A stretch of 64,000 nt of DNA, taken from positions 1 to 64,000 of the IMG/VR virus record IMGVR_UViG_3300037067_004728; one strand, written 5' to 3'. The stretch's first letter is position 1, and every line of letters starts with the position of its first letter. Position numbers and translations under genes: made by a program. Below are positions 26,563 to 35,875 of the stretch, one piece after another. This DNA is from a virus. Lineage: Duplodnaviria > Caudoviricetes. Under the pieces are notes generated by a model. The model was not told the origin of the DNA. It ran no database searches and saw only the letters and a list, made by a program, of their open reading frames with translations.

Positions 26563-27490
26563 TACAGTTGAGCGATTAACTCAAAAAGGACTAATCCGCC
26601 CACCATCTTGGTTAGCGGATAATGTCATTTATGAAACCGTGATGGGTTCAGTAGCTTATGGTGTTTCTGTTGATATATCTGATTTTGATACGATGGGTGT
26701 TTGTGTTCCGCCTAAAGAAATGGTATTTCCACATTTAGCCGGACGTATTGAAGGATTCGGCAGGCAACATCAGAAGTTTGTTTGTTATCAAAAGCATCAT
26801 GTACTTGTACCTGATGACCTCGGTGGCCGAGGGCGGGAATATGATTTAAATGTCTATAATATAGTGCATTATTTTCATTTATGTATGGAGAATAATCCTA
26901 ATATGGTGGCGTCACTATTCACGCCACAAGACTGTGTATTGCATTGTACAAAGATTGGAAATATGATTCGTGATAAGCGTCGAATCTTTTTGCATAAAGG
27001 CTGCTGGCATAAATTTAAGGGATATGCTTACAGTCAACTTCACAAGATTCGGACTCGTAACCCCGAAGAAGGCAGCAAGCGGGCTGAGATTATTGATAAG
27101 TTTGGATGGGATGTGAAATTCGGGTATCATACGGTGCGTCTATTATCTGAGGTTGAGCAGATTCTAACCGAAGGCGATTTGGACATTAGACGTAATCGTG
27201 AACAGTTAAAAGCTATTCGTCGCGGTGAAATGACGGCTGAGGATTGTATTGCGTGGGCGACCACGAAGGAACAAGCCTTGGAGCGGGCGTATGAAACAAG
27301 TCAATTGCCGTATGGTCCTGATGAACAAGCAATTAAAACATTATTGTTTGAATGCCTTGAAGAACATTGGGGGTCATTAAAAGGCTGTGTCTATGGTGAG
27401 TCGCCATTAAATGCGGCATGTCGTTTAATGCAAGACATGCAACAATTGATAAATCATTATCAAGTGGAGTTGAATGATGGAGAAAGATAA
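26555..27490 (+). CDS. Pol-beta-superfamily nucleotidyltransferase (YcgL/RlaP-like)
   Basis: GSVAYG...SDFD, NNPN, FKGYAYSQ, GWDVKFGYH.VRL, LKAIRRG, S.LP..PD. Confidence 0.85.
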   Translation: MPSTVERLTQKGLIRPPSWLADNVIYETVMGSVAYGVSVDISDFDTMGVCVPPKEMVFPHLAGRIEGFGRQHQKFVCYQKHHVLVPDDLGGRGREYDLNVYNIVHYFHLCMENNPNMVASLFTPQDCVLHCTKIGNMIRDKRRIFLHKGCWHKFKGYAYSQLHKIRTRNPEEGSKRAEIIDKFGWDVKFGYHTVRLLSEVEQILTEGDLDIRRNREQLKAIRRGEMTAEDCIAWATTKEQALERAYETSQLPYGPDEQAIKTLLFECLEEHWGSLKGCVYGESPLNAACRLMQDMQQLINHYQVELNDGER

Positions 27491-27746
27491 ACAAAATAAC
27501 GACTTGCGGGTTGCGCCCAATAAAGGGACGGGGGAGTGTGGGCGCACCCGCAGTCATAAAAATGTGATACAGTGGGTACAATGTGCGAGTTCACTTGTGG
27601 GTTGTCCTATTTTTCACGATCAACGTATTGTTGAGGTTAAATTATGATGCCTGTCTTTATTTCTGCGTTAGAGTTTCTTGGGCTACCGATGGAGGATGAG
27701 GACGAAGATTTATCAGAATTTGAAAACTTACAATTGGAGTTCGAGG

Positions 27747-28667
27747 ATGAATCTAGTTGACCAACTATTACAACATGCTGAGGGCTGCGCGGAAAAATCG
27801 GAAACTTCTCGACAACAAGTTTCCACTTACCAAGATATGATGGATTCGTTACCTCGGTTGTTTCCCGCCCCTGATGATATGTATGTCCGGTCGCCTGATA
27901 TTGAATATGATTTGGCTCTTTTTTATTCATTACAGTCAAAGGAACAAGATGATGCTTTGAGAATGGTTTTAAGCATGACCTTTGGAGCGCTTGAATGGGA
28001 GGGGGAAATTGACAAAGCGGAAAATACATTGACTCTTCGGACGTTAGTAAAGTGTGGAGAGTATACAGTTTTGATTAAGATTATTGGAGCCAATCATAAA
28101 CACTATCATTTGACAGACGTTCAAGATGTTGGTTTAAAATTAGTTGGTAGGGCTACCAGTGTTAAATTTGTTCCGTGGGAGATTTTACGGCCTGACATCA
28201 CACCTGAAATTTTATTAGAACAATGCGTTCAGTCAAATGCGGTATCTTATGTCTCTCGTCAGCAAGCTAAGATTCTGAGTGAATTGGCAGCAGTATTACC
28301 GCCAAATGTACCGGCAGCCGATGGAGTATCTGCTACTTTGGGTTTAAGTTACGACGCTGATATTACTTATCTTTGTGATCCTTCGGGTAAAAAGCGGGCA
28401 TTTTTAGACAAGTATCTTGGTTATAATGGTTGGTCGGCAACGATTCAAAAACGAACGGCTGATTTTAGTCTACATACAATTTTTGAAATTAGATGTAAAA
28501 TAGGTAAGTTGCGGTTACGAGTGTCGATTGTTGATGCTTGTAAAGATAAAGAACAATTATTTCTTGTTGGTGATTTACCAGAACTTTTAGTTTACAAGGC
28601 CGTGCGTAGTACCGACCCAGATTACAAAGCTACACTTAAAATGTTTAAGACAAAATATGGATATTGA
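27747..28667 (+). CDS. Hypothetical protein with an internal two-fold repeat
   Basis: SRQQ...LP..(F/V)PA.D...YD occurs in both halves. Confidence 0.65.
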   Translation: MNLVDQLLQHAEGCAEKSETSRQQVSTYQDMMDSLPRLFPAPDDMYVRSPDIEYDLALFYSLQSKEQDDALRMVLSMTFGALEWEGEIDKAENTLTLRTLVKCGEYTVLIKIIGANHKHYHLTDVQDVGLKLVGRATSVKFVPWEILRPDITPEILLEQCVQSNAVSYVSRQQAKILSELAAVLPPNVPAADGVSATLGLSYDADITYLCDPSGKKRAFLDKYLGYNGWSATIQKRTADFSLHTIFEIRCKIGKLRLRVSIVDACKDKEQLFLVGDLPELLVYKAVRSTDPDYKATLKMFKTKYGY

Positions 28668-29208
28668 ATCAGTAGCCGAAGCGCTCAAAAATCCTAAATT
28701 GAATCTGATGGAGCAAGCACGTTTGTTGCAAACATTAGAACCTCGCAAACGTAGTGTTCATGGTTTAACGCTACGTGAAATAGGGCGCAGGGTTGGAAAG
28801 TCCTATTTATGGGTACGACGCCGGTTGGCATTATTACAATTACCAGAAGAAGTCCAAAAGGCAGCCGAAGAGGGACTATTTACGCCTACCGATTTAGAAA
28901 CAATGTTTAGTTATGGAAAGTCGCGTTGGAATCAATCGGCTTTACGAATATTAAAAGATAAGAAGAAAGGTTTAAGGACAGATAGGAACGATTTACGTCA
29001 TAAGACAACTCGTAAGAGCCATGAACGTATCCGACAGATGATTCGATACTTAATGAGTAAAAATATTGGTGGTTTACCAATTCGATTGTTAGCGTGGTGC
29101 TTAGGTCGTGTTGATGACCAGCAGATTTATGCTGAGGTTAAGGAACTAATAGGAGACGACCATGCAGAAGAAGATGTACCCTTCACCGGAAGAACTGATG
29201 AAGCATAA
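28657..29208 (+). CDS. ParB-type HTH DNA-binding protein
   Basis: LNLMEQAR...GLTLREIGRRVGKSYLWVRRRLALLQLPEEVQ. Confidence 0.8.
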   Translation: MDIESVAEALKNPKLNLMEQARLLQTLEPRKRSVHGLTLREIGRRVGKSYLWVRRRLALLQLPEEVQKAAEEGLFTPTDLETMFSYGKSRWNQSALRILKDKKKGLRTDRNDLRHKTTRKSHERIRQMIRYLMSKNIGGLPIRLLAWCLGRVDDQQIYAEVKELIGDDHAEEDVPFTGRTDEA

Positions 29209-29536
29209 AGCCGAAGGTGTGGTAGAACCTACTAAATTAGCAAAAGGTATTAAGTTATTAGTTGAGACAACAGCTAAGATTTTTGAGTTTGAAATGCTCG
29301 GCGGAGGGCGTGCAATTGTTAGAAGTACAGGCAAAATTTTCAGGAAGAATACGCCCTGTCAAATTGTTGGAAGTTTATCGAAAGATGGCACGTTATTTGC
29401 TGATATGGTAGTTAGAGAAAAGCATCTAATTATTGCTTTACCTAAAGGACGTTATACCACAGGATTGATACGTGGTGCTAGTTTACAGGGTCCAGATTGG
29501 TCGTATGAAATGTGGGCAGCGGAGATTCGTAAATGA
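29162..29536 (+). CDS. Hypothetical protein
   Basis: 124-aa ORF coupled (ATGA) to the polymerase. Confidence 0.55.
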   Translation: MQKKMYPSPEELMKHKAEGVVEPTKLAKGIKLLVETTAKIFEFEMLGGGRAIVRSTGKIFRKNTPCQIVGSLSKDGTLFADMVVREKHLIIALPKGRYTTGLIRGASLQGPDWSYEMWAAEIRK

Positions 29537-31920
29537 TATTTCTTGATACGGAAACTTGTGGTCTACATGGAATGCCGGTTCTTTTGCAATATGCAGAAGA
29601 TGATGGCCCTATTCATTTATGGGAATTTTGGAAGGAACCTGTACAACGCACCCTTGATCTAATTGAATACATTACTCACCATGAAATTGTAGGTTTTAAT
29701 CTTGCATTCGACTGGTTTCATTTAGCAAAGATTTACACAATTTGGAGTCTATTACCACCAGATTGGATACCTGAACAGCATATTGGTGAGATTGCTTTGA
29801 AGGAACCAGAAGGCATGGATGGCCCTTGTATAAAGCCGGTGGCAGCTTGCGATCTTCTCTTACACTCGCGTCGTGGTCCATATCAGTCTTTAATGGCTCG
29901 TGAGGATATTCGCATACGGCGTGTACCTACAGCTTTGGCATACGCCCTAGCTCAAGAATTAGAGAGGCGGATTGAACTTGATGGAATCTATTTTGCAAAA
30001 TCGGCGGATAAAGAAGCACCAAGATGGAAGGTCTATGATATTGTTTCAAAACGTGGAATTGTAAACCAAGATTTCAAAGATGTTGTCTTAAAGTTTCATG
30101 CCGCTGGTGGTCTAAAATTCTTAGCAGAGTACGCATTGAAAATGCCCCCAAAACATTATTTTTCGGACGTAGAACTAGATTCTAGCTGGCGTCCGTATGA
30201 GCTTGGTTATGCCCCAACCGCCCTGGCTGTAGCAAACCAACCAGATTGGAATTGCTATGATGATAGTGGCAAACTGATAGGGATGGCTTGGCCCGCTTTA
30301 ATTTACGAGCATATTAAACATTGGAGTACCAACGAACCGGCAAGGGAATATGCAAATGACGATGTAAAATATACACGACTTTTGTGGGAGCATTTTGGCA
30401 AACCAGAGCCGGGGGATACTGATTCAGAATTAGCGTGTATGGTGGCTGCTGTTCGATGGAGAGGGTTCACAATTAACAAGGAAGGTATTGAAGAGTTACT
30501 ACAAAAAGCTGTAGCAACTGTTGCACAATCTCCTGTTAATGTAAATAAGCCACATGCTGTCCGTAAATATCTTTCTGAATGTATGGATGAAATGGAATCC
30601 TTGATTATCGAGGAAAGCACTAAGAAACAAAACATCGAACAAATTGAAACTTGGACAATTGATGAGGAAGAACAATGTACCAAGTGTGGTGGCGATGGTG
30701 ATGAGGGACATTGTATCCGTTGTAATGGAACTGGTAAGTTGTTTGTAGGCAGGCACCCCGCTGCAATTAGAGCCGCTGAAATTTTAGCCGTAAAGATTGC
30801 TGCCAAGGAAGTTGAATTATATACCAAACTTCTACAGGCTGGCAGGCTTCATGCAAGTTTCAAAGTTATTGGTACGCTGTCATCACGTATGTCTGGCGGT
30901 GATGGACTTAATGCTCAAGGCATTAAACACGCTGAGAATGTTCGTATGATGTTTCCATTAACATGGCCAGGATACATGCTATGTGGCGGTGACTTTGATT
31001 CATTTGAAGTAACGATTGCTGATGCTGTGTTTGATGATCCCGACTTGCATCAAACGCTCTTAGATGGTAAGAAGATTCATGCTCTATTAGGTGTAGAACT
31101 TTATCCACATCTAAGCTATGATGAGATTGTTGCATCGGATGGAGCCAAAGCCCCTGACATTGATTTTTATACCCGGTCTAAGCAAGGTATGTTCGGATTT
31201 CTTTACGGTGGGGACCATACAACATGGAATAAGCGTCTGAATATTCCTGCCGAGCAAGCACATAAAGCCTATGACAAGTGGTGTGCAAAATACCCCGGTA
31301 TCGGCCGATCCAGATTGCGTATTCAAAATGACTTCTGTTCAATGCGTCAACCAGAAGGTATTGGCAAACAAGTTGTCTGGCACGAACCAAAAGATTATGT
31401 AGAAACTTTCCTTGGATTCCGCCGATATTTTACACTTGAAAATAGGATTTGTAAAGCATTATTTACGCTTGCAAATAAACCGCCAGCGGCATGGAGAAAT
31501 TGCCAAATTAAGGTGGTACGTAGGGATCGTATGCAGACCGCAGGTGGCGCTGTGCAAAGTGCCCTATTTGGCGCAGCCTTTCAGATTCAAGCGGCTAATA
31601 TGCGGGCGGCTAATAATCACTTAATTCAATCGGCAGGTGCCCAGATTACTAAAGAAACCCAGCGTAGAATCTGGGACTTGCAACCGGCTGGTGTTAATGA
31701 ATGGCGGGTAGCCCCCATGAATATTCACGACGAAATTATGTGCGTTACACATCCTGATTTCAAACGAGCCGTGGCTGAGCGTGTGCGCGATACAGTTGAA
31801 TCCTTTAGACCACAAGTACCATTGATTGGTATAAAATGGAATCTTAACATGGAGCATTGGGCTGAGAAAAAGAAGTCTGGCCCCGATATGATGCATGTAA
31901 CTTATAAGAAAGCAGGTTAA
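29533..31920 (+). CDS. Family A DNA polymerase with 3'-5' exonuclease and a DnaJ-type Zn-finger insertion
   Basis: Exo: DTET, FNLAFD, YANDD. Pol: SRMS, DFDSFE (A), KQGMFGFLYG (B), NIHDEI (C). Insert CTKCGGDG...CIRCNGTG. Confidence 0.92.
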   Translation: MIFLDTETCGLHGMPVLLQYAEDDGPIHLWEFWKEPVQRTLDLIEYITHHEIVGFNLAFDWFHLAKIYTIWSLLPPDWIPEQHIGEIALKEPEGMDGPCIKPVAACDLLLHSRRGPYQSLMAREDIRIRRVPTALAYALAQELERRIELDGIYFAKSADKEAPRWKVYDIVSKRGIVNQDFKDVVLKFHAAGGLKFLAEYALKMPPKHYFSDVELDSSWRPYELGYAPTALAVANQPDWNCYDDSGKLIGMAWPALIYEHIKHWSTNEPAREYANDDVKYTRLLWEHFGKPEPGDTDSELACMVAAVRWRGFTINKEGIEELLQKAVATVAQSPVNVNKPHAVRKYLSECMDEMESLIIEESTKKQNIEQIETWTIDEEEQCTKCGGDGDEGHCIRCNGTGKLFVGRHPAAIRAAEILAVKIAAKEVELYTKLLQAGRLHASFKVIGTLSSRMSGGDGLNAQGIKHAENVRMMFPLTWPGYMLCGGDFDSFEVTIADAVFDDPDLHQTLLDGKKIHALLGVELYPHLSYDEIVASDGAKAPDIDFYTRSKQGMFGFLYGGDHTTWNKRLNIPAEQAHKAYDKWCAKYPGIGRSRLRIQNDFCSMRQPEGIGKQVVWHEPKDYVETFLGFRRYFTLENRICKALFTLANKPPAAWRNCQIKVVRRDRMQTAGGAVQSALFGAAFQIQAANMRAANNHLIQSAGAQITKETQRRIWDLQPAGVNEWRVAPMNIHDEIMCVTHPDFKRAVAERVRDTVESFRPQVPLIGIKWNLNMEHWAEKKKSGPDMMHVTYKKAG

Positions 31921-32115
31921 AATGAGTGATACCGATGATCTACATCCGCGAGTGATGAGGGCCTGGGCTTTAAATATGTTACATGGTCGGCGTAAGGAAT
32001 TAGATCAAGCTGCCCTCCGTGAAGATTACCCAGAAGCCGTTTTAATGGCGATCAATTATACATTGATGGAATTGGAATTAGATTTGGCCGAGAAAACCGG
32101 AGAGATTGAACCACG

Positions 32116-32556
32116 ATGATTAAGGTTTCTATTGATCCACGAGTCTACAAAGATTATCACGGGTTGCTGCGAGCGGCTTGTGATTGGCTAAGAGAAACGC
32201 AGCGTATTCCGCATAGATTAAATGTTACATTGTTTACCGACAAAAATATGCGAGAATTTGTGAGATTAGTTGATTATCCTGAAAAGAATGCATTGGGTAT
32301 TTTCTTTTTAAATTCACGCGATATAATCATTAGACAGCGACGGTATGAAAATGTAAAAGTTGTCAAAGATGGTCGTAAATTTAAACATAGACTTGACCGA
32401 TTCCTTTATGTAATAATGCACGAGTTTGCTCACTATGAACAATTCCGCGATGGAAAAGAATTAAGCCATCGTAACATTGAATCAAGAGGAATGCATTTGG
32501 TTAGACAATTTAAGGATTATTGGCATGAACAATGCTCTCTATTACACAGTGCTTAA
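32116..32556 (+). CDS. HExxH metallopeptidase-like protein
   Basis: MHEFAHYEQ with a downstream Glu. Confidence 0.6.
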   Translation: MIKVSIDPRVYKDYHGLLRAACDWLRETQRIPHRLNVTLFTDKNMREFVRLVDYPEKNALGIFFLNSRDIIIRQRRYENVKVVKDGRKFKHRLDRFLYVIMHEFAHYEQFRDGKELSHRNIESRGMHLVRQFKDYWHEQCSLLHSA

Positions 32557-32884
32557 TCATTTAGCGGAGAATACTAAACTCTCGCAGTTGATTTCTCTGC
32601 TTGTCTATACTTATAAATTAGATGATATACCATTTCCAGAGGATAAATTAGTTGGGGACTGGGAAGTAGCGCGTCCTGGCCGAAGAGTAAAAATTACTTG
32701 GACTGATCCATATCGTGTTGAGTATGGTTTTCTTTTTACATTACCAGGATTGTGCGAGGATTTATTTAAGGGCGGGTTGGTACAAATTCCTGAAAGTGAA
32801 GATGATCCAACAACACAACGCTGGTATACTCTAAAGCATTTAGCAATTTTTGCAGACACATTAGAATTGGAGCCAGAATTATGA
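32525..32884 (+). CDS. Hypothetical protein
   Basis: ORF in the coupled gene string; start inferred. Confidence 0.45.
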   Translation: MNNALYYTVLNHLAENTKLSQLISLLVYTYKLDDIPFPEDKLVGDWEVARPGRRVKITWTDPYRVEYGFLFTLPGLCEDLFKGGLVQIPESEDDPTTQRWYTLKHLAIFADTLELEPEL

Positions 32885-33385
32885 GCGAGAATCGTGATGT
32901 TGAATTAGAAGTAGATAGCCTTGCGACCCGTGAGGTAAGGGCCTTGGCAAGTCAATGCAAGTTTGATGACTGGAAAACTGGACCAATTGCTAAGCTACGA
33001 CGAAAGATTGTAGACTTAGCAAAGACTAACCCCGAAATTCTTGATGGAGAAAAGGCATGAATTGGGAATCTGCTGTAAATACAATTCGTGGCAAGAATCT
33101 GGTTGGTTTAACAACCAAAGAAGATGTTGATTTACTTTTTCAATATATGGATAAAATTGAATTCGGTCTGGAACGTCTTGCAGGAGAGGGCGATGAAAAA
33201 GCCCTATGTGTTATTAAAGGCGACTGGCGAGAATACTGTGGGGTGGCTTAATGAGATATGCTTACATTTTATGGTGTTTACTTTGGCTTCCAGTTTTGTA
33301 TATTAGTCGTTATGTATTTTGTTTTAGTGTTTTAATGATTCACGGGGTCGAAAGATTTAACGACGCTCTTGATTGGACGCGATAG

Positions 33386-33829
33386 ATGGATAAGCCACGA
33401 ATTCGTAAACAGCATGGCCCTGAGTATGGCATACAACGTGCCATAGTCAAGTTTCTACGGCTACGTGGATGGCATGTGGAGCGTGTGGTTGGCATTGGTT
33501 GGCAGTATGGTTTGCCAGACCTTTATATTACACACCCTAAGTTTGGTCAGCGTTGGTTAGAAGTTAAGAATCCCGATGAATATACATTTACTAAACATCA
33601 AAGACAAAAGTTTCCAATCCTTGATGCATTTGGCACGGGCATCTGGATTATGGTAGGTGCAACTGAGGAAGAGTATGAGAAACTTTTTAAGTCACCTAAT
33701 TGGAAAGAATACTGGAAGGATTCTTGGGGAGAAATTGATATAGACGCCTTATTACTTGAAATAGAGGAAGAAGAAAATGCCAGTTCATACAACGACGAAG
33801 AACGGGAAACCGGCTTATCAATGGGGTAA
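33386..33829 (+). CDS. VRR-NUC/PD-(D/E)XK resolvase-like nuclease
   Basis: E..IQ, GLPDL, WLEVK, FT..Q. Confidence 0.8.
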   Translation: MDKPRIRKQHGPEYGIQRAIVKFLRLRGWHVERVVGIGWQYGLPDLYITHPKFGQRWLEVKNPDEYTFTKHQRQKFPILDAFGTGIWIMVGATEEEYEKLFKSPNWKEYWKDSWGEIDIDALLLEIEEEENASSYNDEERETGLSMG

Positions 33830-33950
33830 TACCGGCAAAAAGTATACTTACACAGCCGGTAATGCTGCGAGCCGCGAGCGAGCTAAGAAGAAAGCAATCC
33901 AACAGGGGTTAGCGGTTGCTAACAGGACTGGAACGAAACCAGAATTATAA
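33777..33950 (+). CDS. Small basic phage protein (57 aa, below the ORF-track cutoff)
   Basis: Hand translation MPVHTTTKNGKPAYQWGNTGKKYTY...RERAKKKAIQQGLAV...; GAGGA upstream; TAATG-coupled to the next gene. Confidence 0.65.
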   Translation: MPVHTTTKNGKPAYQWGNTGKKYTYTAGNAASRERAKKKAIQQGLAVANRTGTKPEL

Positions 33951-34459
33951 TGTTATTACAAGTTAATCCTAATAGTTGGTCGTGTATGGCAGCCGCCTTT
34001 TCGACGGCATTAGGCATACGATTTGCTGATTTTATTAAGTTGATGGGGCATGATGGAAGTGGACAACCTTATGAAGATAAAAGATTTCATCGTGGTTTCC
34101 ATATTCAAGAGTGTATTGATCTATGTTTAATGACAGGATTTGCTTGTACTGAGATTCAATGCTATTATGGTTCAAAACCTTTTGTCGAGTCTATTGAGTC
34201 AGTTCCAGTTTATCCACTTAAAGACTGTGAATTTCGTTTTCAGCATTATCTACGAAAAACTAAACGTGGTGTTATTACTGGATTGGGACAATGTTTCGGT
34301 CATGCTGTAGCTTGGGACGGAAAATTTATTTATGATCCTCGCTCACCTGGATATATGTATCGGTTTGAGGACGCTGTAAAATATAATTTTCGGCCACAAA
34401 CATTATGGATATTGACAAAAATGGAGCCGGATGATGTCAAAAAGATTCTGGAAGGTTGA
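33950..34459 (+). CDS. C39-like papain-fold peptidase
   Basis: Q...SCMAAA, GHAVAWDG..IYDP. Confidence 0.65.
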   Translation: MLLQVNPNSWSCMAAAFSTALGIRFADFIKLMGHDGSGQPYEDKRFHRGFHIQECIDLCLMTGFACTEIQCYYGSKPFVESIESVPVYPLKDCEFRFQHYLRKTKRGVITGLGQCFGHAVAWDGKFIYDPRSPGYMYRFEDAVKYNFRPQTLWILTKMEPDDVKKILEG

Positions 34460-35096
34460 CGATCCATTGTTTGAATCGTTGCCTAACTATGATAAAACAA
34501 AAATTCAAGAATTACTAAAGTCTGTTCAGCTTGGTCGAACAGATATTAAAGATGAATTAACACTACAGTTATTATCACTTTGTAAAGTTATTCTTCAAAA
34601 ACGATTATATAAAAATCCTGCTTTGCAACGCTGCGCAGCGGATTTAGTCGGAAATTTGATGTTGCGAACTTGCACCTTTGTTGATGAAGTTTTGAATCAA
34701 AATTATTGCTGCGATGACTTATTTCGATATTATTGTCAAATCATAAAGAATGCTATTTATGATTTCAATATGGAGGATAACCCTGGTGTGACAGGTAGCG
34801 GTCCTAATAAGCAATATTGTCAACGGTATAGAAAAGGTCGAACAATGCCAGTGAGGGTTAAATTAAAGGATGAATTGCTACAAGTAAACCCGACATTGGT
34901 GGTAGAACTTGAAGATATACTCTTGACATTGGCTGAGACAGACCACGAGCGTGAGGTTATCGTCTTACGATTTCAAAATTATACTGAGTCTGAAATTGCT
35001 GATAAATTAGGTGTCACACAACAATGGATCAATCAAATACGTGTTGCATTAGAAAAGCGGTATGATGAATATTTACAACGTGAGCGCCTTACATAG
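34431..35096 (+). CDS. Sigma-70-like RNA polymerase factor
   Basis: Region-2-like helices and region-4 EREVIVLRFQNYTESEIADKLGVTQQWINQIR. Confidence 0.7.
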   Translation: MMSKRFWKVDDPLFESLPNYDKTKIQELLKSVQLGRTDIKDELTLQLLSLCKVILQKRLYKNPALQRCAADLVGNLMLRTCTFVDEVLNQNYCCDDLFRYYCQIIKNAIYDFNMEDNPGVTGSGPNKQYCQRYRKGRTMPVRVKLKDELLQVNPTLVVELEDILLTLAETDHEREVIVLRFQNYTESEIADKLGVTQQWINQIRVALEKRYDEYLQRERLT

Positions 35097-35109
35097 AAAG
35101 GGACGTAGC

Positions 35110-35682
35110 ATGAGAAAGATTTTGTATCCTGTGTTGGCTGTGTTGGCATTGGCTGTGATCGTTGTCGATCATTATACAGTGAATACTTATCTTAGCGAAT
35201 TTGAGGAGGCCCGCAATTATAATACTGCGGAAATGGTGCAAGCCTTCCAGATGCAAGACACTGTATTGTTTGCACAAGGCTTACAAGAGACGTTGATGAT
35301 AACCAGTCGAAGACTTGAAAAGACAGAAAATCAAGTAATCGAGTGTGTTAAATACATCCAACAATTACGTGAAACAATTATGCAACAAGAGACGGCAGTA
35401 TTAAGTGCGTCTGCAACTATTAAGGAATTGACAGATGATAATGCTAAGTTGCAAAAGAGTCTTGATGAATGTTCTTCACAATTGGAACTAAAACGACGTG
35501 AATTGGAGCGTGTTAAAAAGGAATTGGAAGATTTAAAAGACACCACTAAAGATTTAAAGAAAGCTAAAAAGGATTTGGAAGCAACTAATAAGACGCTTGT
35601 AGATGGTATTAACTGGATTCGGGCCGAATATGAGCGTATTACTGGTACGCCTGCCCCACTTCCTCCTGACACGTTGAGGTAA
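35110..35682 (+). CDS. Membrane-anchored coiled-coil protein
   Basis: N-terminal TM followed by a long heptad-repeat region. Confidence 0.65.
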   Translation: MRKILYPVLAVLALAVIVVDHYTVNTYLSEFEEARNYNTAEMVQAFQMQDTVLFAQGLQETLMITSRRLEKTENQVIECVKYIQQLRETIMQQETAVLSASATIKELTDDNAKLQKSLDECSSQLELKRRELERVKKELEDLKDTTKDLKKAKKDLEATNKTLVDGINWIRAEYERITGTPAPLPPDTLR

Positions 35683-35875
35683 ATTATGCGGCTATTTTTA
35701 TTTGCATTATTGGTGTTTAGTGGCATAGGATTTGCTCAATATCATAGATGTGTTCAGGTGCAACGATGGCATTTAACACAACGAAATCTTGAGATTCAAC
35801 ACCAACTAAATCGCCTTCGTTATAAATTTGACTTACTGAGACAGCATACCGACGATTTACAATTGGAATTGTATA

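Noticed and set aside
30676-30735. Intein in the polymerase or helicase
   Set aside because: The inserts are short Cys-finger motifs without intein splice junctions or endonuclease motifs.
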